The notes: generated by a model not told the origin, from the letters alone. Counted from the first letter of the whole stretch, positions 36,401-50,066 are shown. The stretch is 63,602 nucleotides of DNA, filler included, from Octopus bimaculoides (GCF_001194135.2; 6 parts of 5 records of this genome joined end to end with filler, not necessarily neighbours in it), one strand, 5' to 3'. Numbers and translations are program-made.

Positions 36401-36872
36401 TATATACATAAACGTGCGTACTGCAATCACTTTTGAAATCCGTGTTGCTTATTATTTGATATANNNNNNNNNNNNNNNNNNNNNNNNNNNNNNNNNNNNN
36501 NNNNNNNNNNNNNNNNNNNNNNNNNNNNNNNNNNNNNNNNNNNNNNNNNNNNNNNNNNNNNNNNNNNNNNNNNNNNNNNNNNNNNNNNNNNNNNNNNNNN
36601 NNNNNNNNNNNNNNNNNNNNNNNNNNNNNNNNNNNNNNNNNNNNNNNNNNNNNNNNNNNNNNNNNNNNNNNNNNNNNNNNNNNNNNNNNNNNNNNNNNNN
36701 NNNNNNNNNNNNNNNNNNNNNNNNNNNNNNNNNNNNNNNNNNNNNNNNNNNNNNNNNNNNNNNNNNNNNNNNNNNNNNNNNNNNNNNNNNNNNNNNNNNN
36801 NNNNNNNNNNNNNNNNNNNNNNNNNNNNNNNNNNNNNNNNNNNNNNNNNNNNNNNNNNNNNNNNNNNNNNNN

Positions 36873-37185
36873 ATATATATACTTACATACATATATATAC
36901 ATACATAAATACCTACCTACCTACTAACTCCATACATACATACATGCATACATACATACATACATACATACATACATACATACATACATACATACATACA
37001 TGTCAGATATATAAACGCACTCACAAAGTGTGTGTGTGAGAATGAGACGGAGTGAAAAGATATTACGCAAGAGCTATATGTCAGATATTTACACTGTTGT
37101 GGCCAATGGTCGAAGGAAAAAAAGATGAGACGATGATGATGATGTTGAAGACGCCGACTCCAACTCAACGATGGCGATGACGACT

Positions 37186-37225
<40 letters not shown>

Positions 37226-37536
37226 CATGATGATTATCATCATGATCATGATGACGACCACGTCGATGATGATAGTGATCAGGAGCGGTGGAGGGGGGGG
37301 ACAAGGGAAGAGATGGATGTGGTAAAAGACTAGATCAACAACAACAACAACAACAATAAATTCTAAAAACAAAAAAAAATGCAGTGACGAAGAATTCACT
37401 GGTTAATTAAAGATGTATTCAGTTTGTGTCTATCACGTGGGTGAGAGCAAACAATAACAAAAGACAAAACATGTCACAATCAGCAATTTCAGATGTCATA
37501 TATTGCAGCTAGTTTTCTTCAGTGAACAATGAAATA

Positions 37537-37581
<45 letters not shown>
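36873..37581. repeat. (CATA)n, (GAT)n/(GAC)n, (CAA)n and (TG)n microsatellites
   Basis: Directly visible. Confidence 0.9.
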
Positions 37582-37681
37582 NNNNNNNNNNNNNNNNNNN
37601 NNNNNNNNNNNNNNNNNNNNNNNNNTTAATTAATTAANNNNNNNNNNNNNNNNNNNNNNNNNNNNNNNNNNNNNNNNNNNN
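37582..37681. other. Artificial 100-nt contig linker
   Basis: TTAATTAATTAA at 37626-37637 flanked by 44 N on each side. Confidence 0.95.
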
Positions 37682-37975
37682 GGCTAACACCTTGGCCAAA
37701 ATTTTCAAGTCTGCATTGAGCAGAATGATGGGCCTAAAGTTATCTATGGCGTCCCCCTTGTTTGGATCTTTCTTCAGCAGCGTTACCGCTCCTCGGCTCA
37801 CAAAACCGGGAATGCTCCCGTTCTGCTTTCAGTTGCAGTACACGGCCGCCAAGACGTCTCCAAACTAGTCTGGCATACAGTTGTAAAGCTCGTAGGGCAG
37901 ACCATCCAAACCCGGAGATTTGTCCGTCGAGCAACCCGCCACCGCTTCCCTCACCTCCTCCGCCGTGATGACCCC
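37682..37975 (-). mobile_element. L1/Tx1-clade RT N-terminal fragment
   Basis: ITAEEVREAVAGCSTDKSPGLDGLPYELY...GAVTLLKKDPNKGDAIDNFRPIILLNADLKILAKVLA: the KSPG.DG and RPI.LLN.D.KI motifs; two in-frame stops. Confidence 0.92.
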
Positions 37976-40110
37976 TTACCGAGTTGGGGTAGGGGGATTT
38001 TATTTTGTGGTGCAATGCTGGTGATACATGGTAAATTTTAATGTGTTTTGGCGGTGTTGTGTGTGGGTGGTTGTTTGTTTTGATGTCGTTATTTGTGATG
38101 TTCGTTTTAGAGTTCATGTAATTCATCAACTCTGTGTTTGTACTGTTTATTGCTGTTAGCATTGTTTTTTGCATATTACTATTGGTGTTAGGTGTATTTT
38201 CGGGGGATGTGAATATCCCTGCTTTGTTTGTGTTTGCATTTTGTTTTGTTTTCTTCTTACTGCGCTCCCTCTTTCTTTTCGTCGCTAGTTTCCACTCCTC
38301 TCTACTCTCTTCATCCGATGATGAGAGTTCTGAGGAGTCAGAAAGTGGTAACGGCAAATTTTGTGCGTCTGTTTGTGTTTCTGTGAGTGTTTGCGTTGCT
38401 GTTTTTGTTGGTGTTGGCTGCTTGTTATTTGTGTGTGGTGTATGTGATATGGGGGAGGGAGAGGCAGTCTTGGAATTTTCTTTTTTTTTCTCTTTTGTTN
38501 NNNNNNNNNNNNNNNNNNNNNNNNNNNNNNNNNNNNNNNNNNNNNNNNNNNNNNNNNNNNNNNNNNNNNNNNNNNNNNNNNNNNNNNNNNNNNNNNNNNN
38601 NNNNNNNNNNNNNNNNNNNNNNNNNNNNNNNNNNNNNNNNNNNNNNNNNNNNNNNNNNNNNNNNNNNNNNNNNNNNNNNNNNNNNNNNNNNNNNNNNNNN
38701 NNNNNNNNNNNNNNNNNNNNNNNNNNNNNNNNNNNNNNNNNNNNNNNNNNNNNNNNNNNNNNNNNNNNNNNNNNNNNNNNNNNNNNNNNNNNNNNNNNNN
38801 NNNNNNNNNNNNNNNNNNNNNNNNNNNNNNNNNNNNNNNNNNNNNNNNNNNNNNNNNNNNNNNNNNNNNNNNNNNNNNNNNNNNNNNNNNNNNNNNNNNN
38901 NNNNNNNNNNNNNNNNNNNNNNNNNNNNNNNNNNNNNNNNNNNNNNNNNNNNNNNNNNNNNNNNNNNNNNNNNNNNNNNNNNNNNNNNNNNNNNNNNNNN
39001 NNNNNNNNNNNNNNNNNNNNNNNNNNNNNNNNNNNNNNNNNNNNNNNNNNNNNNNNNNNNNNNNTCATCACCAAGTTATCTGTGCGGAGAGAGAGTGTCG
39101 AAAATTGCTTCGCTAAATTTTCATTTAAGAATCTCACCTGTACCGTTCCAAATTTTCGTCCCCACGTGACATGCTCTTGATGAGCCCATACAGGTTTAAG
39201 ACACATCTCGATCTTATCTGTGGTAAAATTTTCTACACGTCTGGTTTTTGTCTTTACCAGTTTATAAATGATGCATTTTTTGTTTTTTTTCTATAATTTC
39301 TTTTGGAATGTTTATTTAACATCATCGCCTTCTTTCGTACGAAGGGATTTTGTGCCTTTAATTTGTTGTTGTGTGAATGTCACTATTGTTCTTTTTTTCC
39401 TTTATAGCATCTGCGAAATTTGTTTTTGTTGTGCTGGCGGACATGTTCTTTGGAATCTGTTTGTTTATGTAGGTGTTGGTACTGCCGAGTTCAAATGTGG
39501 TGGTAGTGGCAGCAGAGTTTGTTGAACAGGTGGTGATGTCGGTGCTGACGGCCGATAAATTGGCGTCCTTGCTGCTGTTGTTGTTGTTGTTGTTGCTGGT
39601 GCTGGTGTGATGATGGCGTCAGCAGCAATGGTGCTTACGTCAGAGACATTTGTGACGGTTTTTATGCATGGTTTTGTAACCTTGGTTACAGTTTTGTTTT
39701 TGTTGTTTGTGTTGGTGGTGGTGACAGGGCTGTTAACAGTATCCGTGACGTATAAATTTGCGTCCTTGCTGTTGTTGTTGTTGGTGGTGGTGGTGAGAGG
39801 GCTGTTANNNNNNNNNNNNNNNNNNNNNNNNNNNNNNNNNNNNNNNNNNNNNNNNNNNNNNNNNNNNNNNNNNNNNNNNNNNNNNNNNNAGCTGTAATCG
39901 CCGTCTTTGTGACGTTTACAGCAACTGCGTTCCTGTCACTGTGTGAGCACGCGCTACTCTGTTCTTTTTTCTCTCCTGGCATCTGAAGTCTCGGGAAATG
40001 CACATCAAAAGAACAAGACAAGCGTTCCAAAATTGTGTTTCTCGACCTTTTTCAAATGTTGAGAAGGAAATTGTTGTATTTTGGGAGGGCCGAAACTGCC
40101 CCTGGGGACC
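37976..40110 (-). mobile_element. Probable L1/Tx1 ORF1 region with 5' leader (gapped)
   Basis: Long T/N/S/K-rich open stretches plus a structured segment IIYKLVKTKTRRVENFTTDKIEMCLKPVW..VTWGRKFGTVQVRF, on the same strand directly upstream of the RT fragment. ORF1 identity is inferred from position and recollection. Confidence 0.55.
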
Positions 40111-40911
40111 AATTCCTGCCTTTGAAAATACACAGAAATGAAGCCTAGGTGCTTCGCAACAAAAATATTAAAACATTCCAACAAAATGTGGACAATAAAA
40201 GGTCAAATAAATGTTTACCTCTGCAGCCGATGTGACAGCACGTCCGTCAGATAGAAAGATATATAGATAGATAGATAGACAGACATACAGACAGACAGAC
40301 AGACAGAGAGGCAGTTACCGAATTATACATATACATACATTCATATATACATATTGATATATTTTGAGGTATCAAAGTAAGAGCTCATTTCAATGAAAAT
40401 TAAAACTTTATTATACCTTATATGTATACATACGCAGACATAGAGAGTCGCATTGGCACAAACATATACGTGTGTAATATTTAAAACCATACACTCGCAT
40501 AATGACCCTGAATGAATATATGACTGTTACATCACAGTTAAACCAATCAGCAAATTACCATTTGTATTGGTATAATTCTATTATGATTATAATTGTAAAT
40601 TGTTAGCAGCTACGTAATAAAGGAGAGGAGTATTTACTTTGATGTATCTTCATTTCTTCGTTTAGCATAATTAAGAAGGATAAAGCATTGTGATGGTTCA
40701 TAATATTTTCATACCTTCATGAATTAAGTAAAGAACGATTTATGTATTAATACTTTCAAAACTTATCAAGCCATTACCAACTGATAATGTTCTACCTTGT
40801 GAAGAATGTGCAGTTCGGGAAATAGATAATAGTAGAATAGTTTTCGCTTTTAAATTGAAGATATCTTCAGCGGGAGAAATTAATTTCATTACAATATTTT
40901 TTAGAAAATAA

Positions 40912-42085
40912 ACGTCAGAATCGTTAGCACGCCGGTGAAAATGCTTAGTGGTATTTCGTCCGTCTTTACTTTCTGACTTCAAATTACACCGAGATGGATT
41001 TACTTTTCATCCTTTCGGGGTCGGTGAAATTAATAATTGGGCCCGATGCTATCGACTTATCTTTTTCCCCGAGAATTGCTGGCCATGAGCCCAAATTTGA
41101 AATCAATAACTGCAATATACCTAGAAGGTGGTTAGTTGGCAGACTTTTTAGCACGCCGAATAATGTATGACAACATTACGTCCGTCTTTATGTTCTGAAC
41201 TCAAATTCAGCTCTGGTCGAATTTGCTTTTCATCTTTTCGGGGACGATAGAATAATTACCAACTGAAATAGACTTAATTCTTTCCTCGAACTTGCTGGCC
41301 TTGTGCCATATTTTGAAAGCAATATGCATAATATATTGGTTTAAATTTGCAAGTACATAGAATTTATTGTACATTTATAAACTTCATTGTTACGTTTACC
41401 GTTCTCATTCTTTGTGGCGAGTTCATGCTGAAAATTATAAAATGGTCATTGATATTTGAACACATTTCATTTCTACTATCTCCCGCATCCTCACAACTAT
41501 TTGACTAATATACGAACAATGTACACTGCCTTTATCGTTTTGAAAGATTGTTGCAACATTTTCTTCCAGGATGATGCATCATCAGCACGTCGGACATAAT
41601 GCTTAGCGGCATTGCTTCCGACATTACTTTGCCTTCAATCCTCTCCAGTTTGACAACATATGTGCCAGTAAAGCACTGAGGCCAGTGAAATCGACAATTC
41701 CTCTTTGAACATTTCAGGCTTTGATATTTCGTCTGTCTTTACGTCATGAGTACAAATTCCACCGGAGTCAACTTTGCCTTTCATCCTTTCGGGGTCGATA
41801 AATAAAGTAACAGTTGCATACTGGTGTCGATCTAATCAACCGAACCCCTCCCCCACAAAAATTTCGTGCTTTGTGCCTAGACTAGAAAAGACTTTCTCAG
41901 GCTTTGAAGGCGCTGAGCTAGCAGAAACTTTAGCACGCCGAGCCATATGCTTAACGGTATATAGTCTGATTTATGTTCTGAGTTCAAATTCCACAGAGGT
42001 CGGCTTTGCCTTTCCTCCTTTCTGGGTCGATAAATTAAGTTCCAGTTTCACACAGGAGTCGCTCTAATCGTCTGGCCCCCTTCGT
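40912..42085 (+). mobile_element. Five same-strand SINE family A copies (40912-41110, 41125-41325, 41581-41710, 41726-41890, 41907-42085)
   Basis: Each carries the head (ttagcacgcc..atgcttag) and/or core (tttcatcctttcggggtcg); the copies are mutually diverged. Confidence 0.85.
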
Positions 42086-42739
42086 CAGTTGTCCCTGCCC
42101 ATCTAATCCGCGTTTCGACTATCTCTCTTCCTCTCTTGTCCTTCATCCTTTCTGTTTTTCTGTCCCACCCTTTCTTTATTCTTCTTGTCTTCCTTTCACC
42201 GTTCCTCTCTCTCTTTCTCTCATTCCTCCTCTTCCTCCTTGAACCTCTCGTCACTGACACGTGACGAAATGGGTTCTTCCTTTCTGCCTACTGGTCTTCC
42301 TAAAGAAAAGATGTGATTTTTTCAGTCTCTTCTACTTAGCGTACATAATTTTTCTATCGTCTTGGTTCAACAGCCCTCACCGTTTGTTTTTACCGCCGTA
42401 TTTTTAATTGTTTTTAGTGTTTTTATTGTTTTTACTGGATTTTTTTTACTGTCTTGTTCTCACTGTCCTGTTCTTGTTAACACTTTCACCCTCCGCAAAA
42501 CATTCCAAATTTTATTTAATTTGCTTTGAGGGAAGGACTGTTCCAACGAAGTCGCGTATTGGCCTTGCCTTCGAAACGCTGAGTAGATGGACAGGGACAA
42601 CTGACAGAGGGCTATACTCTTTATGTTGCATGTCTCGTTTCTCTGTTTGTTCTTTTTCGTTGTTCGAAAACAGTTCGTTTTCTATTTTCGTTTTTCGTTT
42701 CTCATAGTGATTAACGTTTTTTTGATGTCCTGTACTCAT

Positions 42740-42824
42740 ATATGCATGTATGTATACATATAGATGTAGGTATGTACATATATGTATGGATATATGCATA
42801 TATCTGTATATTTATATTATATGA

Positions 42825-42890
<66 letters not shown>
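42740..42890. repeat. (TA)n-rich microsatellite
   Basis: Directly visible. Confidence 0.95.
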
Positions 42891-45800
42891 TTTCTTCACC
42901 TCTGTTATAGAAATTTTTCTAGTTTACCGTGAATGCTATTTGAACTATTTTATGTTTTGAAATCTAGCAATATAAGAACTACAAAGAAAGTAAGTCATTG
43001 ACATACACAGAAAAATATAGGTAGGTATGTATTTTGAGAATTGAACACCGTTTCTTGGGTAAGGAGAAGAAGAAAAAAGAAGGAATCGAGCCTAAGCTAT
43101 TTGGTGTGGGCACGAGAATAGAAAGTTTAAATAACCAAAGATCATTTTAGTATCAAAAAATAAGCCAGATGGCTGTTTACAGCTAAGTGACCTTGAAACT
43201 CTAAAGTAGCTTGAAGGCAATAAGTAGAATATTATAATTCGGTATGTCTTTATCTATTACAAGATCATCGTTCTACACTGGGAAGTATTACACAATTATC
43301 TGGTGCATATTACATAATATTTAGAGTTCGTTAACTTACTTTTATATAAGAATGTAGGTAACATTCATATATGACATAGTGTATTGTCACTTTCAATATA
43401 AAATGTTGTGATTATTCTTACTAAGCATGCAGAGTTCCTGATTCCATGATGTAAATGCTACAATTTACCTATATTGGAGAACTTTATAAAAATGTAGAAG
43501 CATACATGTACTTATATTTCTAGTTATCTATGCAAAAATGTGAGAAGTGAATACATTTTCTGATAAACCATAAATAGAAAACAACATTAGGCAACTATTA
43601 TCAAGATGGTATAGAAGTAAATATGCTCAGGCCTAGAATAAAATAAGCTATATAGAAAGCCTATTAATTCTTGTATCAGATTTTTCCAGGATATGTATGT
43701 TAAATTTTTGTTTTCTCTATTTCCCTTTCACAGCAGTCGTATATACCGATGTATATTATGTGGGTAGAAACTTACTTTATACGTTTAACTTCAGATGATA
43801 AAACAAACGTTGTGGCTGATTATACCGTCACAAAACCCCTGTTAAGCCGGGTCGATGTTAACTCTCCTTTCCTTCGCCTCTTTCTTCCTGTCAGTTCGTC
43901 AAGTTAAACCGTTGATCCCGACACGTGTTCTCCCTCAGATTTGCAGCTCTCTCTCCATTTTCCCACGGATCCCTTTCTATCGAAGTGCATAGTCTTGAAA
44001 CATCAAAGCATATCCATCTTTCCCGAGCAACAAACAAGTACCTTGAAGGCGGTTCAGGTACATACACATATGCCCGAGAGTCATCACCCACAAACACATA
44101 TATTCTATTAATTCCATTGCAAATATCTCCTGTAGAGAGACACTCACAGTGTCACAGCAGGCTTTATATATACCTCCTCTCAGATATTTTCCCCGAAATG
44201 TCCATTATCAATTAAAATTAACGATTATCTCTCCATCATGCAAATTATGAAATAATAGCACAAGAAATATGTCATCTATTCGACCGAGGTGTAGCGTAGT
44301 GGGAACCCGACCCACGATTTCGGGTGGAAGGGGAACAAATAACCTTTCCTATTACATGGTTGCCGTACTTGCTTCCAAAGTTATATGTGATCAGGTATTT
44401 TTATGGTGAATGTGGATCATTGTTTCATATGTCTTCTGTCTCTTCCAAATTATAATGGTTCGCATTCTATGATACTTTCTGACAAGAAAGAAACATGATC
44501 TCTCAAAAATAGTCATTGTGACATTCGTGCCTGTCTGTATAGACTTAGCTGTCTTTATATGATGTACAAGATACATTCATGCCACAGATCCCCAAAATAC
44601 AGGTCCTCATTGCTTTCAAATTTACTTCCATTGCTTTAAATCTGCTTCCAGCAGATCGGAGTTTCAATTAAATAGGATATCATCTGAAGAAATACCAATG
44701 CACATTTTCCATAGAGAAAGCGATCCGTCATCTCCTGGAATGCATTGTGACACCAGGAGTCAATCGTGTCTATATGGCAACCAGTCAGGCCTTTCGTTTG
44801 ATATTTGTTTCTATTGCTGCAAATGATGGTATTCGGCAGTGTGATTTTAATTCCTAGATGATTTTCCATTAAATGGTCTTCATTGACCTGTACATATTAC
44901 TATTGTCAATGCCGAACACACCGTCAGGTGGAGTAGAATTGAACGAACCATGCCTTACGTTAATGCATCAAAACGCAGAAGTTTAGAATAACTGAAAGTA
45001 TTCGTATCGATATCTAATCTAAGAACCCCCCGATAAACTAGACACGAGATGGGATATTTTCGCAAAATGCAAGAATCTCGACACATTTCTACTAACGAAT
45101 TGGGAAACACCACACTCACCGGGTCAGACATAGAATATTACAAACTTTAACCTTTCCTCTTCAAATACCCCTCCCCCCACACACACACTCAACTAGTGAT
45201 AATTCTGAATTTGGCATAATTCTTATCTTTTTTATTGTCAGGCATTTTTCATATATTTCTGTCTTTGCACGCTCATTTTCGTTCTGTCTTGCTTTTCTGA
45301 GAGAGCCAGCCATATATATAAGTCTGGAAGACTGCAAGATAATACTAGGCAACAGATATAAGCTAGTACCAGGACTGTACTATTGGAACATGATACATTG
45401 ATGTATAATGTAGTTCACATAAATTCTTGTGTTTATTAAGTAATATATAAATGCAAATGCATACATAATATCAGTTTTTACAGACTGCGTAAATGACTTC
45501 CTATATAACTGAATGAATCTATTGTTCATAGACAAATAAAGACAGATAAATGTTTTCCAATTTCTCACTCATGATTTTAACACTGCTATTGATGTCTCCT
45601 TCTTTATCCTCTGTAGTTTATTCAGTTTCACTGAATTCGATTTCAGTAACATCATATGCACTATTTCAAAATTGACTCCTAATAGAAATTTTTGATAATT
45701 GACGTGGCTAGTGAATCCGACGTTAAATACATTGCATTCCAGAAATCGTATGTGTGTATGTGCGCGCACGCTTATGTGTGTACGTATATATTTACAAAAT

Positions 45801-48800
45801 GTATATGTACATGATCATTTATTTATATGTATTGTGTACATTTAGTTTATATGAATATATTTATATGCTGTACATCTTCATATATATATATATGTGAGTG
45901 TATGTTTGTTCCCGTGTGTGTATGTATTTATATACACACATATATATATATATACGTACATATGCCGAATCATGTACGCACATACATGTATTTATATGAG
46001 TGTTTATGGGTGTGCGTCTGTGCGCGCGCATACGAGTTTCGTGTGTGTGAGTTGGGGGTGTTTCGATTGATCTCGTTTAAGGCAGTCAGTAGACGTATTA
46101 TAATATAAACATGTTTTCAAATCTCTTATTAAAACTGGTAAAAATTAAATTCGTCGATGTTCAAATATGAAATAATCGATGTTGCCATCATTGAAGCGTT
46201 AAATCCGATAGCAAACTGCCAAATGCTATGAGTAGTAAAACAAAAGATGACTATTCACTGAAGCTAACATTCAAATAAGATTAAACATTGAAGTAAATGT
46301 CGAAGCAGTTTGCCATTTCCGCATTCAGGATATATAATTATAGCAATTGCAGGATATAAAAGATTTTTTGTTGTTCAGAGACTTGTTTCGACCAATATAT
46401 GGATGCATTTGGTCCAGAAAACATAGTGAAATTAGGATAACGAGAAATTGTAAGCGGTTATTACAGATTAATGAATATAAAAAAAATGTTTTTATATGTA
46501 CAATGTATGCACACAAATATTGCAATATACACGTTTATATATATACAGTATACGCGTAGAGTGTGCCTTTCTTCAATATATATCAGTGTATGGACATACA
46601 TAAAAACAAATGAGCATACATACAGGCATAGTGCTATGCACACTTATGTATCAGGATGTGTTCGTGTATTTGCAATGAATACAGGCGAAATTTTATTCAT
46701 GATAAATATTTATGAATAAATTATTCAAATTCTTTAAGATAGAAATGGTAATATATGCATCTATTAAGTAAACAATAAAAACCCTGCAGAAATAAAGTCT
46801 AAACATCAAAGACGGTTTTCAGAGTGTCTTACTATTTCAACGTTTTATTTTTGTTGTTTTAGAGTCTCTCTCTTTGTCTTTCTTTGTCTCTCTCTATTTC
46901 TCTTTCCACCACTCTGTCTCTTTGTGTCTGTATGTATCTATAAGAGTATATGTGTGTGCCTATGTATGTTTATTTTTACGTGTATATCAGTATTACTGTA
47001 TAGTAGAACAACTGTAAAACATACAACGCAGTGATTTATACAGTTACTGGGCAATGTAGTTATGGAAGGATTAAATAGAGATTGTAAAACATTTAACTTT
47101 AACATTAAACGTTCCAATATACTGTTTGTTTTGGTAATATTACCCGCTTACTTAGTTTCACGTAAAAATAAGAACATGTCAGTGCTTTCTTCACATTTTG
47201 AAAAGGAATAAATTTTACGACCTACATCGGATTTTTCTAAAATGTTGGGTAACTCACATCGCACTTTAAATTTTCGTAGTCCTATATCAGTTTCTCTGCG
47301 TGCTTTTTACATGCACAGAAACACACACATACATACGTGATTATATATAGATAGATGCGCGCATACACTCCGCTATATACATATATATATATATATATAT
47401 ATANNNNNNNNNNNNNNNNNNNNNNNNNNNNNNNNNNNNNNNNNNNNNNNNNNNNNNNNNNNNNNNNNNNNNNNNNNNNNNNNNNNNNNNNNNNNNNNNN
47501 NNNNNNNNNNNNNNNNNNNNNNNNNNNNNNNNNNNNNNNNNNNNNNNNNNNNNNNNNNNNNNNNNNNNNNNNNNNNNNNNNNNNNNNNNNNNNNNNNNNN
47601 NNNNNNNNNNNNNNNNNNNNNNNNNNNNNNNNNNNNNNNNNNNNNNNNNNNNNNNNNNNNNNNNNNNNNNNNNNNNNNNNNNNNNNNNNNNNNNNNNNNN
47701 NNNNNNNNNNNNNNNNNNNNNNNNNNNNNNNNNNNNNNNNNNNNNNNNNNNNNNNNNNNNNNNNNNNNNNNNNNNNNNNNNNNNNNNNNNNNNNNNNNNN
47801 NNNNNNNNNNNNNNNNNNNNNNNNNNNNNNNNNNNNNNNNNNNNNNNNNNNNNNNNNNNNNNNNNNNNNNNNNNNNNNNNNNNNNNNNNNNNNNNNNNNN
47901 NNNNNNNNNNNNNNNNNNNNNNNNNNNNNNNNNNNNNNNNNNNNNNNNNNNNNNNNNNNNNNNNNNNNNNNNNNNNNNNNNNNNNNNNNNNNNNNNNNNN
48001 NNNNNNNNNNNNNNNNNNNNNNNNNNNNNNNNNNNNNNNNNNNNNNNNNNNNNNNNNNNNNNNNNNNNNNNNNNNNNNNNNNNNNNNNNNNNNNNNNNNN
48101 NNNNNNNNNNNNNNNNNNNNTATATATATATATATATATATTCATAGAGAAATGATAAGTTCAAAAAGAACAATTCAAATTTTGTTGGGAATCCAAAAAG
48201 TGAGAAAAGGTGATTTCTTATAAGGATGCATCATATTCAGGAAAAACAGCCAAACAGGTAATAAGAATATGAAAAAAGTTATTTGAGGAGATTCATTATA
48301 GGTATAAGAGTATTCCATAAACAAATATAAAAAAAGATGCAGTGAAGATGTTGAAACTGAAATAGATTTATGATAAAACTGTATTCAATGCGTATGTACT
48401 TTTCGAAAAAAAAATGCAAACAAATAATCGAAAAATGAAATCATAGTGATTAAAATTATAATTGAAAATAAATAATTAAAAACTTAAAATCAAGAATGAA
48501 AATAGAAATAAAATTTAAAACTTAATTTATGCAGTGTCATTCTCTTCAGTGAAGGATATTTTGAAGGACATCAAAAAAGTTTAATAAAATGAAGTAAAAT
48601 GAGATAAAAATGAAATAAAATGAAACTAAAATAAGATACAATAAGAGAACGTCGATAAGGTAATAAAGGAAATCTGGTAATTCATAAACACATTTGTGAA
48701 CGGGAAAAATAATGATATCAAAAATACTAATTGTAAGAGAGACGAAAAATAAGAATAAAACATTAAATTGTAGGTCAATGTTTATGCAAGTCTATATGTG

Positions 48801-49384
48801 CAGTGAAAGTATAGCATCAAAATCTAACGAATGTGTTTAAAAACATTATAAGAATTAACACCGTTCTAAACGAAATACAGTGTAAACAAGGGCACGTGTG
48901 TCTATTACAGTACAATGTAACAATTTGAATAGCATAAGAACGCCATATAGGGTTATACCTATACATAATACTAGTCTTGAAAAACAAGAAAATATACATA
49001 TATACCGGTGTGCACTCAAAGCAATGACTAGTAATATTACGAAACGGGTATGCTTTTAAATCTGTTTAACAATTCACAATAATGATTTTTATTACCTTTA
49101 TTCCTACCTCAGTTCATCTAATTGTATATATCTATCCTTACTTTTCATAAAAAGGCTTAACTTTTTTTTTTTTTTCCAACGTGCTTATTTCGCTTATTTT
49201 TCTGTTTACTTTCCACCTACATTTCCACGTGTAGTATCTATTTTGTTTTTGTAACATATTTCTATTATATATATATATATATATATATATAAATTTAGAT
49301 TCAAAGCGAATATGGTACTTAAGATTAGGCACAAGAACTAAGCATGGTATTATCCAAACAATTTCAAAATAAGGTGATTAAAAT

Positions 49385-49880
49385 CAAAATAAGCAACAAG
49401 AATATTCAAGGTTAATGCAGTACGATCAGTTCATGCGATTCCATTTATTTAAGTAATGTGAGCATTACATTAAACGTAAAATGCAGAGCAATCTTCAGCA
49501 GCACAAAGATACAGAAAATCTACTGAAATTTCATTTCAGTAGAAGGAGAGATTGTTGTAACTACGTTTAAACTCTTCAAGTGGGAAGGAAGAATACAAAA
49601 AAAAAGCATTTTGACTTAGCCAGACCATACTAGCCTGTATGGTCTGGCTAAGTCAAAATGTCTTTTTTGTATTTTTCCTTCCCACTTGGAGTTTTCAAAT
49701 GTAGTTAAAATTGTATGTCCTTCTACTGATATGAAATTTCAGTAAATTTTCTGTATCTTTGTGTAGCTAAAGATTGCTCTGCATTTTACATTTATTGTAA
49801 TGCTCAGATTGCTTAAATAAATGGAGTCGCATGAAACGATCGTACTGCATTAAACTTGAATATCTTTGTTGCTTATTTTG
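49385..49880. repeat. Long fold-back palindrome (~245-bp arms, 6-nt loop at 49631-49636)
   Basis: Centre cattttgacttagccagaccatac-tagcct-gtatggtctggctaagtcaaaatg; pairing continues with mismatches out to caaaataagcaacaa / ttgttgcttattttg. Confidence 0.95.
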
Positions 49881-49890
49881 CTTATATATA

Positions 49891-49951
<61 letters not shown>

Positions 49952-50051
49952 NNNNNNNNNNNNNNNNNNNNNNNNNNNNNNNNNNNNNNNNNNNNTTAAT
50001 TAATTAANNNNNNNNNNNNNNNNNNNNNNNNNNNNNNNNNNNNNNNNNNNN
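49952..50051. other. Artificial 100-nt contig linker
   Basis: TTAATTAATTAA at 49996-50007 flanked by 44 N on each side. Confidence 0.95.
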
Positions 50052-50066
50052 GGTTAGGGGGCTGAG

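Noticed and set aside
37740-39206. 488-aa ORF as an intact gene
   Set aside because: About 190 codons are N, and its last ~70 residues are an out-of-frame read of the RT fragment.
44283-44335. A-box-like gtagcgtagtggg followed by a small stem as an ncRNA
   Set aside because: No B box, no cloverleaf and no second copy.
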